A DNA stretch of 63,980 bases, the filler included, from Hausera hauseri (Eukaryota), in the NCBI GenBank assembly GCA_046269625.1. It is 11 parts of 11 records of this genome, joined end to end, with 100 filler letters (N's around TTAATTAATTAA, not from the genome) between each part and the next. Parts side by side here need not be neighbours in the genome. Positions count along the whole stretch, not along the records: positions 20,989 to 25,274 come from JBJURY010656330.1; positions 25,375 to 35,904 come from JBJURY010173305.1; positions 36,005 to 40,472 come from JBJURY010565672.1; 8 more parts are not named here. One strand, given 5' to 3'. The notes under the pieces are model-generated. The model saw nothing but the letters and a program-made list of their open reading frames with translations, was not told the origin of the DNA and searched no databases. The position numbers and the translations under genes were made by a program. This document shows, in pieces, positions 23,000 through 36,083 of this stretch. Position 1 is the first letter of the stretch; every line of letters begins with the position of its first letter.

Positions 23000-24130
23000 T
23001 ATTCCTGTTTTAACAACTCTGCATGGATACTACCGCTTCTTTGCCATTTTTATTAATGTAAACAGTGATTGGTGTGGTTCGAAAAAGTTCGTAGGGCCCT
23101 CGTCCGGTACGAGTAAGTTTTAACGATGTACCTTTCTTTTGATTGGATAGTGCACATAGATCCAGTTTCCTTCTCCTAAATCATGAGGTTTGGCCTTCTT
23201 ATCATACTGTTACTTAAACTGCTCTTGATACTCGAGAGTGAGCTTCTTAGCTATATCCCAACATCTTTGTAATCTCGTTTTTAGAACTTCTGCGAAGTTC
23301 GGCTCTAAATCTTCTGGATTAATGTGATACGGAGTCATTCCTAAGTCCGTAGGTAATACTGCTTCACGTCCATACATCATAAAAAATGGTGTAAATCCTG
23401 TGACGGGATGTGGGGTTATACTGATATCAAATTGCGTTCCTTCTAAGAATTTGTCCCAATCTTTTGATCCTTTGCGACTACCGTCGACAAGACTCGCAGA
23501 ACTGTTGCATTCATAATTTCGATCATTCCGTTGCACTGAGGGTGATATGAAGTAGTGGTCAAGCGTTCGATCTCAAAGATCTTGGAAATTTTATTAAATA
23601 ACTCACTCGTAAAATTTCTTCCTCTATCGATTAATATTTGATCAGGGGGTCCGTATCTACAGAAAACTTTTCTTACCACTGCATCTGCTAAAGTTTCTGC
23701 CTTCTGATCGATTAGTGTTATTAGTTCAACGAAGTGAGTTAAGCGATCCACACACGTTAGAATATATTTGATATTTTTGTGAGTCGTAGGTAAGGGTCCT
23801 ACTATATCCATAGACATAGCGTGCTTAGGCTTGTCTGGTATATTGATTGGTTTTAGTTCTGCTATATAATTTTTCGCCTTCTTTTGTTTTGTCGCACAGA
23901 CTTCACAAGCGTCCACCCAGTTTTTCACGTCAATATAAATACTTGGCCAGTAATACTTATTCAATATTCTTTTTAATGTTTTCTTCCATGACATATGTAC
24001 AGCTAAATGTGAATCATGTTCGGCCATTTATACTTCTGTTCGTAATCCCTTTGGAATAACTACTAGTTTCCGTCCCTTTCGTTCGTAATATAAAATATTG
24101 TCTTGATTCGATGCATAGTATTTATGCCCG
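23000..24130 (-). pseudogene. Gypsy integrase
   Basis: HDSHLAVH..YYWP..CEVC; MDIVGPLP; CVDRLTHF; DRGRNFTS; YHPQCNG; TGFTPFFMMYGRE. Confidence 0.92.
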
Positions 24131-24329
24131 TGTATTTGTATATGTTTCTTTAGCTGGCGTCATTTTGGTATTTCATCTCGCTCGGAAAATTTGATTACTT
24201 TTTTAATAACTTTATCTCTAGCTTGTTCTGCAGAAAATTTGATTGTTTTATTCAGCGTTAAGGTCCGTTGTCGTTCTATTAATTCTTCGAGTTGTGCCTT
24301 CTTCATAGTCGTAATCGTAATTGTCTTTG

Positions 24330-25274
24330 TCTTAAGTCTTGTTAACGCATCTGCGTCGATGTGTTTATTTCTGGGTTTATATTGAAATTCCATATTGTAT
24401 CGGGAGATTTTCTTGATCCATCAAGTTAGTCTACATGTCAGGTTACCGTCCCGTCCTTTTAACGTTGTAAGAGCCTTGTGATCGGTAACTACGCTAATTT
24501 TCTGTCCGTAGAAATAGACATTAAAATGCCTTTAAGCTTCTTTCACGGCTAATGTCCTCCATATGCGATTGGATGTTCCAATTCTTCATCGTCGCGTTTC
24601 TGAGCCAATTCACAGCCAATTCCTTCTTTACTTGCGTATGTTTTAATTATAAACGGTAAATTAAAATCAGGATATCTTAGCACTGATTCATTGGTTAAAA
24701 TTTTCTTCATTTCATCGAACGCCCTTTGTTCGATATCGGTCCATCTCCACTTGATTCCCTTTTTCAATAAACGATATAATGGTGCGTTTATTTTCGATTT
24801 GTCTGCCACATAAGTGGCGGAGTATCCACATAAGCCTAACCAATGTCTTATTTCCTTCTGATTTTGGGGCTCCATACAATCTGATATTTTGCTCAATAAG
24901 GATTTATCTGGTTTCGATCCTCCTTCTCCGACTATATGCCCTAGATAAGATACAGCTTTCTGTGCCCATTTACATTTCCTGGGATTTAGTTTCAATTCTG
25001 CCTGTTCTAACCTCATAAGAGTATTTTCGATGTCTTTTAGGTGTTCTTCTGTTTTCGATGCCATCACTACATTGTCTTAGTAGGCGAACGCGTGATCGAG
25101 ACCCATTAACATTTTATTCATCATTCTGGTGAAGATAGCTGGGCCGGTTGTTATACCGAACGTATTATGTTAAATTCGTAAACTGCGTCGTGCGTTTTAT
25201 ATTCTGTTTTATAACAATCGTTTCCTTCAATTTCTACTTGCCAGTATCCGAATTGTAAATCCAGCGTGGTAAAC
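24330..25274 (-). pseudogene. RT (C-terminal half) and RNase H
   Basis: LKLNPRKC..VSYLGHIV..WLGLCGY..LRYPDFNLPFIIKTYAS..HPIAY..VTDHKAL..ADALTR. Confidence 0.9.
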
Positions 25275-25374
25275 NNNNNNNNNNNNNNNNNNNNNNNNNN
25301 NNNNNNNNNNNNNNNNNNTTAATTAATTAANNNNNNNNNNNNNNNNNNNNNNNNNNNNNNNNNNNNNNNNNNNN

Positions 25375-28300
25375 AGACTTTCTGTCCCACGACAATTTAC
25401 TTGCAGACTGGAAACGATGTTTCTTAAAGAGCGAAAATAATTTTAATCAAATGAGCAGCATTTCGGTGACCACCCAGGCGATCGCTTCCACCAAGTCAAT
25501 ACTAAAGAAAACGACTTCCGATTTAAATTATTTTTATAATCCTTCATTATATAGAATTTTTTATTACGGCAACAAATACGATATTGTCAACTGCGTGGCA
25601 CCTATACTGATAATACAGTTGCCAACACAATCTTCAACTCGAACATCCTGCACCTAATACAACCTGGTCACAACACCTCGTCTACAACTCATACCTCAAC
25701 TGCATCCAGTCAGGATAAATCGACACCATCTGAAAAGTTTTTATCCTTGCCCGCTGACTTACAGCAATATATTTCGTCTTTCTGTACACGTCTATTGCAA
25801 AAGGACAAATCATTCGTACCACCTAAATCCACTTTTTATCACATAGTAACAGCACATCAAAGACCAATACGTCAAAAGATCCGCCCGCTATCGTCTCGTC
25901 GCAGACAGACAGTGGAGGCTGAGTTTCTCGAACTGGAAAAATCAGGAAAAATCAGAAGATCCAAATCCCCGTAGTCTTCAACACTGCATGTGGTTCCAAA
26001 AAAGATGGTACCTTTCGCCCATTCGGTGATTACTGCCAACTCAACATCATAACAACAATGGATGCCTATCCTTTACCATTAATCAACGGTATCCTTCACA
26101 GGCTCCATGGTTCGACCATTTTTTTCCTGCATTGATTTGCACAAAGCATACCGCCAAATTCCAGTGGCCCCAGCAGACATTCCGAAAACGGCTGTCATTA
26201 CACCTTTCGGCCTTTTTGTATACCTCTTCATGCTTTTTGGACTCCGCAGCGCTTCCCAGACCTTCCAAAGTCATATTGATACAGTTCTCTCAGGTTCAGA
26301 TTTTTGCTTATCCCTATACCGATGACATCCTAATTGCTCCATCTTCCTCGAAACAACACTCCGAGCGCGTATGTTTAATCTTCCAGCGCTTGCACCAAAA
26401 TAGCTTGCAAGTTAATTTCTGCAAATGCTCTTTTTTCAACATAAGGTCAACTTCCTAGGACATGTTATTAGCTTCTCCGGATATTCACCTCAGCCAGAGC
26501 GCTTCACACAGCTCAAAAACATACAGCTGCCACGTACATCAACAGAAATGCGTTCTTCCCTCGGAATTTTGCACTTTATTTATAAGTATATTCCACACTG
26601 CTCCACTCTAACCGCTTTATTTGCATCACTAAGCTCTGGCAAAAAAACAGCCTATTTTATGGACCGCCAAACTAGTTAACGCTTTCGATCACCTCAAAGA
26701 CAAACTAAAAACCGTGGAAATCCTGGCCTATCCCGACTCCCATGCAGAACTCTTCTTAACCACGGATGCATCCACAACACTTGCAGGTGCTGTCCTCCAC
26801 CAAGTCAAAAATGGATCCCATGAGCCATTAAAATTCTTTTCTCGAAAATTTACGGCACAAGAGCAAAGATATTCCACCTTTGACAGAGAGTTGCTTGCAA
26901 TGGTCCATACCGTAAAACACTTTAAGCCTCTGTTAACCGCACGAACCTTTACAATACAAACGGACCACATGCTCTTGCTTTAAATTCTCACCATGAAATC
27001 GCCTTTTCCACGTAAGGAGAGATAAATATCGTATTTGTCCACATTTTCTTTTGAAATTAAGCACCTAAGCGGAGTCGACAATTTAGTAGCTGACTTTTTG
27101 TCCTGATCGGTCAGCTCGATTGATTTCACACCAATTTTCCCTCAATCCAAACTTCAACAAAACCAGCCACCTGCTGACGTCCTTAAATCTTTTAAATTGT
27201 GCAAACCCATTGACGGTGTGGCCTTTGACACCTCCAAACCTAATAATCCTAAAGTCATCCTTTCTGAATCGCTTCAAAAAAAGCTTTCAGCAGCATCCAT
27301 TCGTTGCATCATCCCGGTACCAAGGCCACTTTTCGCCTCATACAACGCCAAGTAGTATGGTCGTCGATGCGCTCTGACCTGCAGGCATGGGTTAGGCAGT
27401 ATGTGGCATGCCAAAAATGCAAAAATTACTAAGTACTTAAAGCCACCACTATATCATTTTCCCTGCACGTCTCGTTTTGAATCTGTTCACATTGACCTTG
27501 TAGACCCACTACCTTTAGACAAGGGCCATCAGTTCATCCTCACAATGATGGACCATTCCTCGCGATGGCCAAAGGCTGTCCCACTTCGGAGCACCAACTC
27601 AGAAACAGTCGCAGACGTTTTCATCCGCACTTGGATCAGTAGGTTTGGATCACCTAGCCACATCATTTAGGACCAAGGTCCACAGTTCGAATCCAACCTG
27701 TTTAAAGCTCTTGTCAATCGATTGGGAATTAACCACATTCACACGTCACCAAATCATCCTCAATCAAATGGCCTTCTCGAACGCTTTAGCCGAATGATGA
27801 AAACGTCTCTCAAAATCCTTGCTGAGTCCAATCGCAGTTGGACCACACTCCTTCCGTACGTTCTGCTTGGCTGGCAGAAGGCACCATCTACGTCTACAAG
27901 TCACTTACATGCAGAAGCATTATTTGGTACTTCTATCAGACCATTAATCGAGCTGGCTGAGCTGGACAATATTCCTACGGACGAAACCATACAAGCGGAT
28001 CAGAGACACTTCGTTGACATCAGCAAAGACTCATTTTGTAGACTACTACACGGAAATAAACCTTACATACCCGACGATTTACATACTGTCAAGTTTGTAT
28101 GGCTAAAGAATCAGACGCCATGTGGTTTTCAAACTCAGTATGTTGACCCTTACAAAGTAATTCGTTTACACTCTCACAACATCATCATTGTCAAAGACGA
28201 CAAAGAAATAAAAGTCCACATCAACAACGCTAAGCCGGTTTTCTTTATTTACGATACGTCTTCCATCGAAAGCACTCCTCCACCAACATCTTTACACGAC

Positions 28301-28447
28301 GCGCAGCAATCCAACAATTCACCTTCCATCTCTGCTCAATTCTTTAACCCAATTTCCTCCACGTCTTCTCTCAAGATTTCTACTTCAATTTTTTCTGACA
28401 GTTCATCCCCTTTTTCCCCATCCGATTTTGCACCCCAAGTATTTTAA
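25375..28447 (+). mobile_element. Decayed Gypsy pol (RT-RH-IN), a second family, with a Ser/Pro-rich tail
   Basis: IDLHKAYRQIPV, YTDDILIA, TTDAS, YSTFDRELLA, QTDH, HIDLVDPLP, WISRFGSP, HPQSNGLLERF. Confidence 0.92.
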
Positions 28448-28925
28448 CACCTCCTCCACCCCCTCCTGTTACTAGACTTCTTCCGCCAAACACCACTCCG
28501 ACTTCACCAATCGCTCCATCTTCCTGCTTTTTTCCGCTTTATCCCTCTTCGCCGTCTTTTCTCTCTCTCTCTCTCTCTTTCTTCTTCCACCTTCCTCATC
28601 TTCAGCGCTTGCTTCCTCCCTCTCTCCTCACACACACCGTCTTTTACTTCTTTCATCTCCGCTTCGCAACTTCCTTCTCTCTCTACTCCTATCCCTATCT
28701 CTCTTCCTCTCTGTACTACTACCTCTGTTTCATCCTCTATTTCTACCCTTTCACCTAATACAATTTCAATTTCTACGTCACCTTTCGCCTGTCCTCCTTC
28801 ATCCGCCACTACACCTCTTTCCATTCCTTTGTCTTTCAACACTGTGTTGAACACCTTCAACCGTCTGTCTCCAACAACCTCTCTTCCTCCTTAACCTTCT
28901 TATTCTCTTTATTCTGACTCGTCAT
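28440..28925. repeat. Pyrimidine (CT)-rich low-complexity tract
   Basis: Strong C/T bias with (CT)n runs. Confidence 0.8.
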
Positions 28926-29783
28926 CACACGACACGTCATTCACAACAAAATCCGACAATGTTTTTCCGCAAACTTTAAACTCTGCAAGCAAACACATCG
29001 CATGAAGACAAAACACGCAGTCACATTTAGTAAGTATAGCAGGGAAAAATCAGTAGAAGGCACCGAACGTCTTGTCCACACTAAGATCAGCTGATACAGA
29101 CACTTTTTCGTTTAGCGATTTTTTCTTTCCGTCTATTTCGATGTTTATAGCTTTCACTTTGCCACGGGGGGTGTGATGCCGCGGCCGTGGGGGCGCTCGA
29201 GCTCCTCGCTGGAGTAGCTGGAGGTCAAATCTCAAATTTCTTTCATTGCAATCTCAACATTCTAATCTGTTTCAAGAGTCTCAATCAGTGGAAATTGCAA
29301 TTTCAATATTTCAATCCATTTCAGAAATCTCAAGAACTACGTCAGAGGATTATCTATGTATATTGTTGTCTATACGGATACTATAACTAGAAAATTGGTG
29401 TGCATGAACTGGAGCGATTTTTGACAAATTGAACTGGTGAAGTTGAGCCCACAATGTTTTATTATTTGTTTGTGTTTTGTTCGTGTAAAGCATTATGAAT
29501 TGATTAATGAAAATATGTAAATGTATCATTTTGCGACAATCCTTGGAATAACAATCTTGGAATGAGACGATAATTGCAGGTGGATGAAGTTTCACATCGA
29601 CTGAACTCATAAATATTTATCACGGTAATTTAATAACAACAGGGTAATCGAAAACGTTTTGATTGTTTTGTGGATTTTAAATAAGACTGATATATTATTT
29701 AAGTTGATGTATGGTGATATGTATAGAGATCGTGTCTGATATAAAAACTGATGTAAATAGATAAATCGATTGTAATTTCTAGT

Positions 29784-32470
29784 TTGAATATAACTTATGC
29801 TTTTGGATTTTGTCTATGTTACGGAATTACAAATTGGTGTCAGAAGATATTGTCTTCATTAAACGAATTCCATTGGATACCTTCTGTGAATCCTGATAGT
29901 ATTAAAAAGGAAAAGAGAATTCTTAATGATATTCGAAAGAAGCTTTATGGTATGTACGCTAAAATCATTCAATCCTCATTATGGAAAGGCCATTTTAGCA
30001 GAAAACAGCAACTTCAATTGTCAAGAAATTGAACTACTTAGTCGTAAAAGTTGCGGTTTTAATGCCTTCAATGTATACAACGTAGCTGTAAAAATCATAG
30101 ATGGTTTCATTCCAAAAATCCATGTCGAAAATGAACCGGGTAGACGACAATACGATTACGACTTGAAAGCGTCCGACAGGAAATCTTTGTCAAATGCCCA
30201 AATCATTCGGTGAACTCGAAAGAGCGTCTAGGAATTACGGCGATAATAAATACTACACAGTTTTTGAAGTATTAACAACAGAAGGTTCAATGAAACCAGA
30301 ATTTGTTGAACCACCCATCAATCTAATCTCATCAGAAACCTATTCGCATTTGTTTGTCGTATTCTATGAGTTCTGGGATCCACATTATATGTATCCAAAT
30401 GGGAAAATCCTTGCAACACCCTCGCAGTGTAACATTCTCTGACTCACTCCCTTTGATATCGTTATGTGTAATATTGATCCAGAAATTGGTGGTTTACAAG
30501 ATGAGATAAAAACTATTGGTCAATCTGTTAATGGTTTTCAACCAAGCGTAAAGTTTCCCGAAGGAACAATAATATTTACTGTGGACAATGAAGATACTGT
30601 GAACACTAAAGATACAAAAATTCCGCCGTCATACTTGTTTGATAGACGACTCCGTGGATTTATTTAGTTTGGTTCCTCATAAACCCAGAGCGGTAATTAG
30701 TGTTTTGTTCCAGTTCAGCAAGACGGATTTATTTAACAAATGTGACATACGGGGAATATGTCATTGTTTCAAAATATAAGTTGAATTATAGGCCAGTTAG
30801 TGCTTGTTTGAAATCCATAACAAACACCATTGATGTTTATGATGGTAAGTTAATTGAGGGTATAAGAGTTTGTTTCAATATAGCGAAGCAAATTCGTAGG
30901 AAGCGTTTGCCTGAATCGTACTTTGTTCGGCAAGCCGATCACGTCCGTTTCAATTACGATTATGACGATACGTTTGATGGTCATATTTTGGTGGAGGAAT
31001 TCATGTTATTGGCCAATGAGTATGTGGCTAAGGCTATTTATCAGAAATTGCCAAATTTGAGTTTGATACGAAGTCAGGAACCGATAACTGATGGAGATAA
31101 ATGGGCGAAACAGCTGTACAAACTTACAAACGTTAAGTTTTGTGCTTCGTTAGCAGACTATTGTTCGCTCCTGAATATCGCCGAAATCAATAATGACAAA
31201 AACAACTTAATTGTTAGTCGGACATTCTATGATTTCTTCTGCGAATATATCGAGTCGAATCTTTCTCATGCACGGAATATGCTACAGTACGACGAATTTT
31301 ACAACAAATTCTATTATCACTTATCCGAATGGTATAAGCAAAGTCAACCAGCATGTTACCAATGCAGCGAGTCGAATAGCCCGAGCAGTCGTCACTTCAG
31401 TTTCAACAAAAATCTATATACTCATTTTACAAGTCACATTCTTCGATTTACGGACCTTGTTATGCACATCCTTCTTCGATCTTTCATAACAAATTCCGAT
31501 AACGTAAATGCTATCGATAAATCAGAAATAAATGACGTTTGTTCGATTGCAAACGGCAAGAAGAAAGACCAAAAATTATTTGAAATGATATGTGGAACAT
31601 ATTCATTAATGGATACGAAATCCGGTACCCATTGCTTTATACTAGACTGCGTGGTAACGAATATTGAAAAGGATAAATTCCATTTTGACCATCCATTTTT
31701 GAGGAAATTCTCAACGAAATCATCCATCAAATTCAATCATCTATCGCTGACCCAATCCACAGTGGAGTTTATGACAATTCACGAAATACCCGGTTTGTGA
31801 TTTTCGATGGAGAAAAATCTTCTATTCTTGCAATATGACTTTACAAACTGTGTCGGACACGTGTATTGAAATTAAAATTAATCTCTTCGACGTTATTTTG
31901 AACTGTTATTCATGGATACTGTTGCGAAAAATTCGCCGTTCGTATCAGAATCCAGAGGACCTAATTGATGAATTACACGAATTAAAATTGAATTTTACGG
32001 TTAATGAAATTGGACGTATTTTATCAGATTGTAGTCCGTATAGCAATCCGGTTTTAGATATTAAATTATTCGTAAATCTAAAAAGTACTCTTAGAATTCA
32101 GTTCTGCAAATACCAATCAAACTGATTATGGAAAGACATTCCTGAGATATTAATTATTACTCCAACGTTCCATCTGTGTCTTCTCCATTATGAAGATTCC
32201 GTGATTTGTTTTGTTCCCGGCGGAAAACTAATGTTCGACTTTAATGATATTGAATGGGAATTTCAATCCAGCGATGATTATAAACGATATTTTGAGCCGA
32301 TGTTTCGATTCGAATCATTGATGGAAACACTGTACAATCCTAACATATTTAATATACAGGACACGCCTGTTGAATGGTTCCAAACGAATGTTATGGATTC
32401 AAAACCATATGGAACATTCGGCATTTTGAAGCTTGATTTTAATTTCTGTAAAGCTCGGATTATCAAGTTT
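29784..32470 (+). pseudogene. Intron-less RNase II (RNB) domain gene fragment, HELZ2-like
   Basis: IFTVD, HILVEEFMLLANEYVA, LIRSQ, RHFSFNKNLYTHFTSHILRFTDLVMH; downstream [27 protein letters not shown] resembles the post-RNB segment of HELZ2; several stops and frameshifts. Confidence 0.75.
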
Positions 32471-32479
32471 TACGGTTTA

Positions 32480-32870
32480 CTATTTATGTTTCAACATACA
32501 GAACAGGCTATTGCGGAACAAAGTTATTTAAGCCGGCACAAAGACATAACTAATTCAGACATTCCTATTCCCACAGAAAATTTTGGTGCTGACCTCTTCC
32601 GTTTTTCCAAAAAATTTAAATCACTTGACAGAATTTCACCAAAATTGATATTTTGTCAAATGACATCGTTGATGACATTAATTGGATATTATCTCAACTA
32701 TCGAGGTCTTAATTATTTGCGATTGGATGGACCTACCAAATCTGATGATAGAGGAGACCTGCTGGCTAAATTTAATAATCCAGACAATTATTTTATATTT
32801 ATGTTATTCACAAGAGCCGGAGCTCTAGGACTTAACTTGCAAGCTGCTGATACAGTCGTTATATTTTATC
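32480..32870 (+). pseudogene. Fragment of BRM/SMARCA2/4 (SNF2) helicase C-terminal lobe
   Basis: [81 protein letters not shown]. Confidence 0.88.
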
Positions 32871-33456
32871 CTAAAAAACAATTGCGACAAAAATCAAGTC
32901 CTACGTCGCCTAAATCTTGTAACAAAACACAAGGTCATCATGACAATTTTTTACACGCGCAATTATTTAAATTATGGGACGAATATAGACTAATCTACTT
33001 AGTTAATCTGTTTTTCTCAATCACCTTCACAAATCGGTTGTCCAACGTTTATACTTCAGATTTTGACAAACTACCTTTACTTATTGTATTGTTATCTGAT
33101 ATTATTAAACTTTGCGAAACTGTTTTTCAAACGAATGAAACCGACTGCCATCTTAATCTAAACGGTCAATTCATCGTTTTTTCAACTACCCATCTCTCAA
33201 AAATCATGTTTCATAGCCAGTGGCTGCAGCAACGGTTGGATCAATATTTGGCACATCAAAGATAGCTGCCTGTTGATCCACCATTCAATTTTAAACAAAA
33301 TTATGACGACTGTATCAATTGGTGAAATCAATCTGCAACCTACCATTTTAAAATCAAAATCACTATTCGCAATCAGTGAATGTTTGAATTTTTCACCTCT
33401 TACAATGTATCGAAATACTGGTCATCTTACGTCGATGATCACATACGAGGGATTTT

Positions 33457-35904
33457 TTGGTTGAGGATCTGAGCGTGCCCGCCCCCATTGCGCCATGTCA
33501 TCTCTCTTTTCTTATCCTTTCCAATAACACAAATGTCCTCACATTAAGGGCTACACACAGTCAATCACTTCATATTCTTTATACCGAATTGTCCTCTTAC
33601 TTCGGCACCTCTGATTTTTACCTTATGCACAACGGTCTAATTCTGCAACCTTACGACTCTCTTTCATCCTTTGCACCCGAGAAATATTCTATCACTCTCA
33701 CTGTCCATTTTCACGTCCGTGGTGGATCAGACCTTGATCCTTCTACCGAACACTTAACAAAAACTAAATCTAGTCGTCGTCCTGTCGATACCGCGCCAAC
33801 AACTTCTCCAAATGTCCCCTGCATGGATTTTTTTCTAGACAAGACGAACTCTAGTAGTACCTGGCTGCAGTTCCATTTGCAATGGCTTAAAGCTAATCAT
33901 ATTACAGATCCCTTTCTGCGGGCTAACATTTGCTGCTATTACTCCTAGCCAGCATCAAACAGCAGATAAGTAATCTGGCTGACATACTCTCCTCTTTAAG
34001 CCCATATGATATGCTGTACGAAAACTCTACATATCACCGACCCTTCCATCGACAGCATAATCTAGAAGTACTTTAACGAACACGCCACTGGAAATCAAAA
34101 ACCATCGGATTTCTTTAAAACGGCCATCTGACAACTGAGCTTTTTAGGCGTGACTCCCACAAACAATGCTGATCTTCTTCGTCGGTACCTTCTCTCGTCT
34201 TTGCCAACCTCCATTCGAGCTTTGTTTACTGTAGTAGATGACTCCACTGCCTTCGAAAAGCTCGCCTTATTGGCAGACAAAAGCTTTGATATTCTGCAGT
34301 CAAATAACTCGCAGCCTATAGCCGCAGAAACTGCTCACACACTGCCAGACAACACCTTATTTTTACAACAACTGCACATGATGCAGAAACAGTGCGACAC
34401 ACTCCTACAAGCAATCTCTGCGATCACAGCTCAACTCAGTGACTTATCCGTGCCTCGAGGAAACGAAAATCGTATTTCTCGAAATCGCAGTTTTTTCAGG
34501 CACTCTTCTCGTTCTAAATCTAGAGATAGTAAAATGATGTGCTTTTATCACAACAAATTCCGCAGAGATGCATGGGAATGTGTTTTAGGCTGTCGATTCT
34601 ACGATGCACGATATACCGTAGGCAATCCAATCTGCATCTATCACGCAAAGTACCAGTCCAAGGCTAAGTCATGCGTGCCAGAATGTAAACATTATAAAAG
34701 TAGTCCTAGTTCTTCTCCATTTTCTTCGCCTCCGCACAATCACCATTCTTCCTCTTCTTACCAACAAGTCTCAAAAACCAATAATGCCACCAGATGCTAC
34801 GGCACATTCTGGTACAGGCAATATCCTTCAAACTACTGGCCGTTTCAACACCGCTACTGCAGTCTTTCTGTTGACTGCTGAAATTTGATTTGGATACATA
34901 TCACAAATAGATTTCCTTATCGATTCAGGAGCTGCTTTTTCACTTCTTCCTTTGTCTTTCGCTCCTACGTCTAACATAGTTTTCTCTCCTCCACTTTTCA
35001 CTGCCTGTGGTCGACCTTTGAACATTGTAGGTACCACAAAACTGACCTTCACCTTCTCCAACCTACCAGGGAAATTCTCCTGGAATTTTCACAGAGCCAA
35101 CATTAGATCGCTTATAATAGGCTCCGATTTTTTGGCTGCATATGATATGCTATTCGATTGCTAGCATAAATGCCTCCTGCGCAGAGATTTCCTTGAAAAT
35201 TCTAGCAAATGCTCACAAAACTACCAGTCGGTCAATTTATTTTCCTCTGCTTATTCAAATGTCAATTTGACATCCTGTTTATCGGTTGACAATAACACAC
35301 TTAACATTTCATCAATATTTTTAACCTCGGCAAGTGGGAATAAATCAATCCTGAAGCACTCGGCCGAACTAAATGTCGTTAATGAAGCATTTAGTCATTC
35401 TGCATTAATTACAGCAAATGACTCTTATGATGATATGCCATCATCATTCTTATCGTTGGGTTCTGACCTTAAATCCTACATTAAGATTTTTTGTTCCCGT
35501 ACTTTTAAGAAGGACATCAATTTCAAACCGCATTCTGCAACATATCATTACATAGTCACCGAACACCAAAGACCTATTAGACAAAAGGTCAGACCACTGT
35601 CACTTCGCAGACGAAAAGCCGTTGAATCAGAGTTCAACAAACTCGAAAAGGCGGGAATTATTCGACGATGCAAATCACCATGGGCTTTGCCTTTGCATGT
35701 TGTGACAAAGAAAAATGGCACATACATACCATGCGGTGATTATCAGCATTTAAATAATCTAACAGTCATGGATGCTTATCCTTTACCGCTTATAAATGAC
35801 ATTCTGCACAGCCTTACCAACACTAATACGTACTCCACAATTGACTTGCATAAAGCATATCATCAAATTTCTGTTGCACCTGATGATATTCCAAAAACTG
35901 CTAT
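33457..35904 (+). mobile_element. Gypsy element 5' part: ubiquitin-like domain - Gag - protease - RT start (same family as 25375-28447 and 50681-53470)
   Basis: ..HNGLILQ..HVRGG; LLRRYLLSSLP..LALLADK; CFYHNKF..C; FLIDSGAAFS; IIGSDFL; SPWALPLHVV..CGDY..IDLHKAYHQI. Confidence 0.88.
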
Positions 35905-36004
35905 NNNNNNNNNNNNNNNNNNNNNNNNNNNNNNNNNNNNNNNNNNNNTTAATTAATTAANNNNNNNNNNNNNNNNNNNNNNNNNNNNNNNNNNNNNNNN
36001 NNNN

Positions 36005-36083
36005 GTGCCCTTAGCAACGGTGACTAACGGCACCGTTGCTAGGCACCTTATGGATCGATAGTGCACAGTGTGCACTATCGATC
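36005..36083. repeat. Two adjacent palindromes at the contig start
   Basis: tagcaacggtg/caccgttgcta (36012-36041) and perfect 15-bp arms gatcgatagtgcaca-g-tgtgcactatcgatc (36053-36083). Confidence 0.85.

Larger units (their letters stand above)
20989..25274 (-). mobile_element. Gypsy element, copy 4 (RT/RH - IN - membrane protein - accessory ORF), close family member of copy 1
   Basis: RT, RNase H and IN clearly similar to contig 1; same 3' cargo. Confidence 0.92.
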
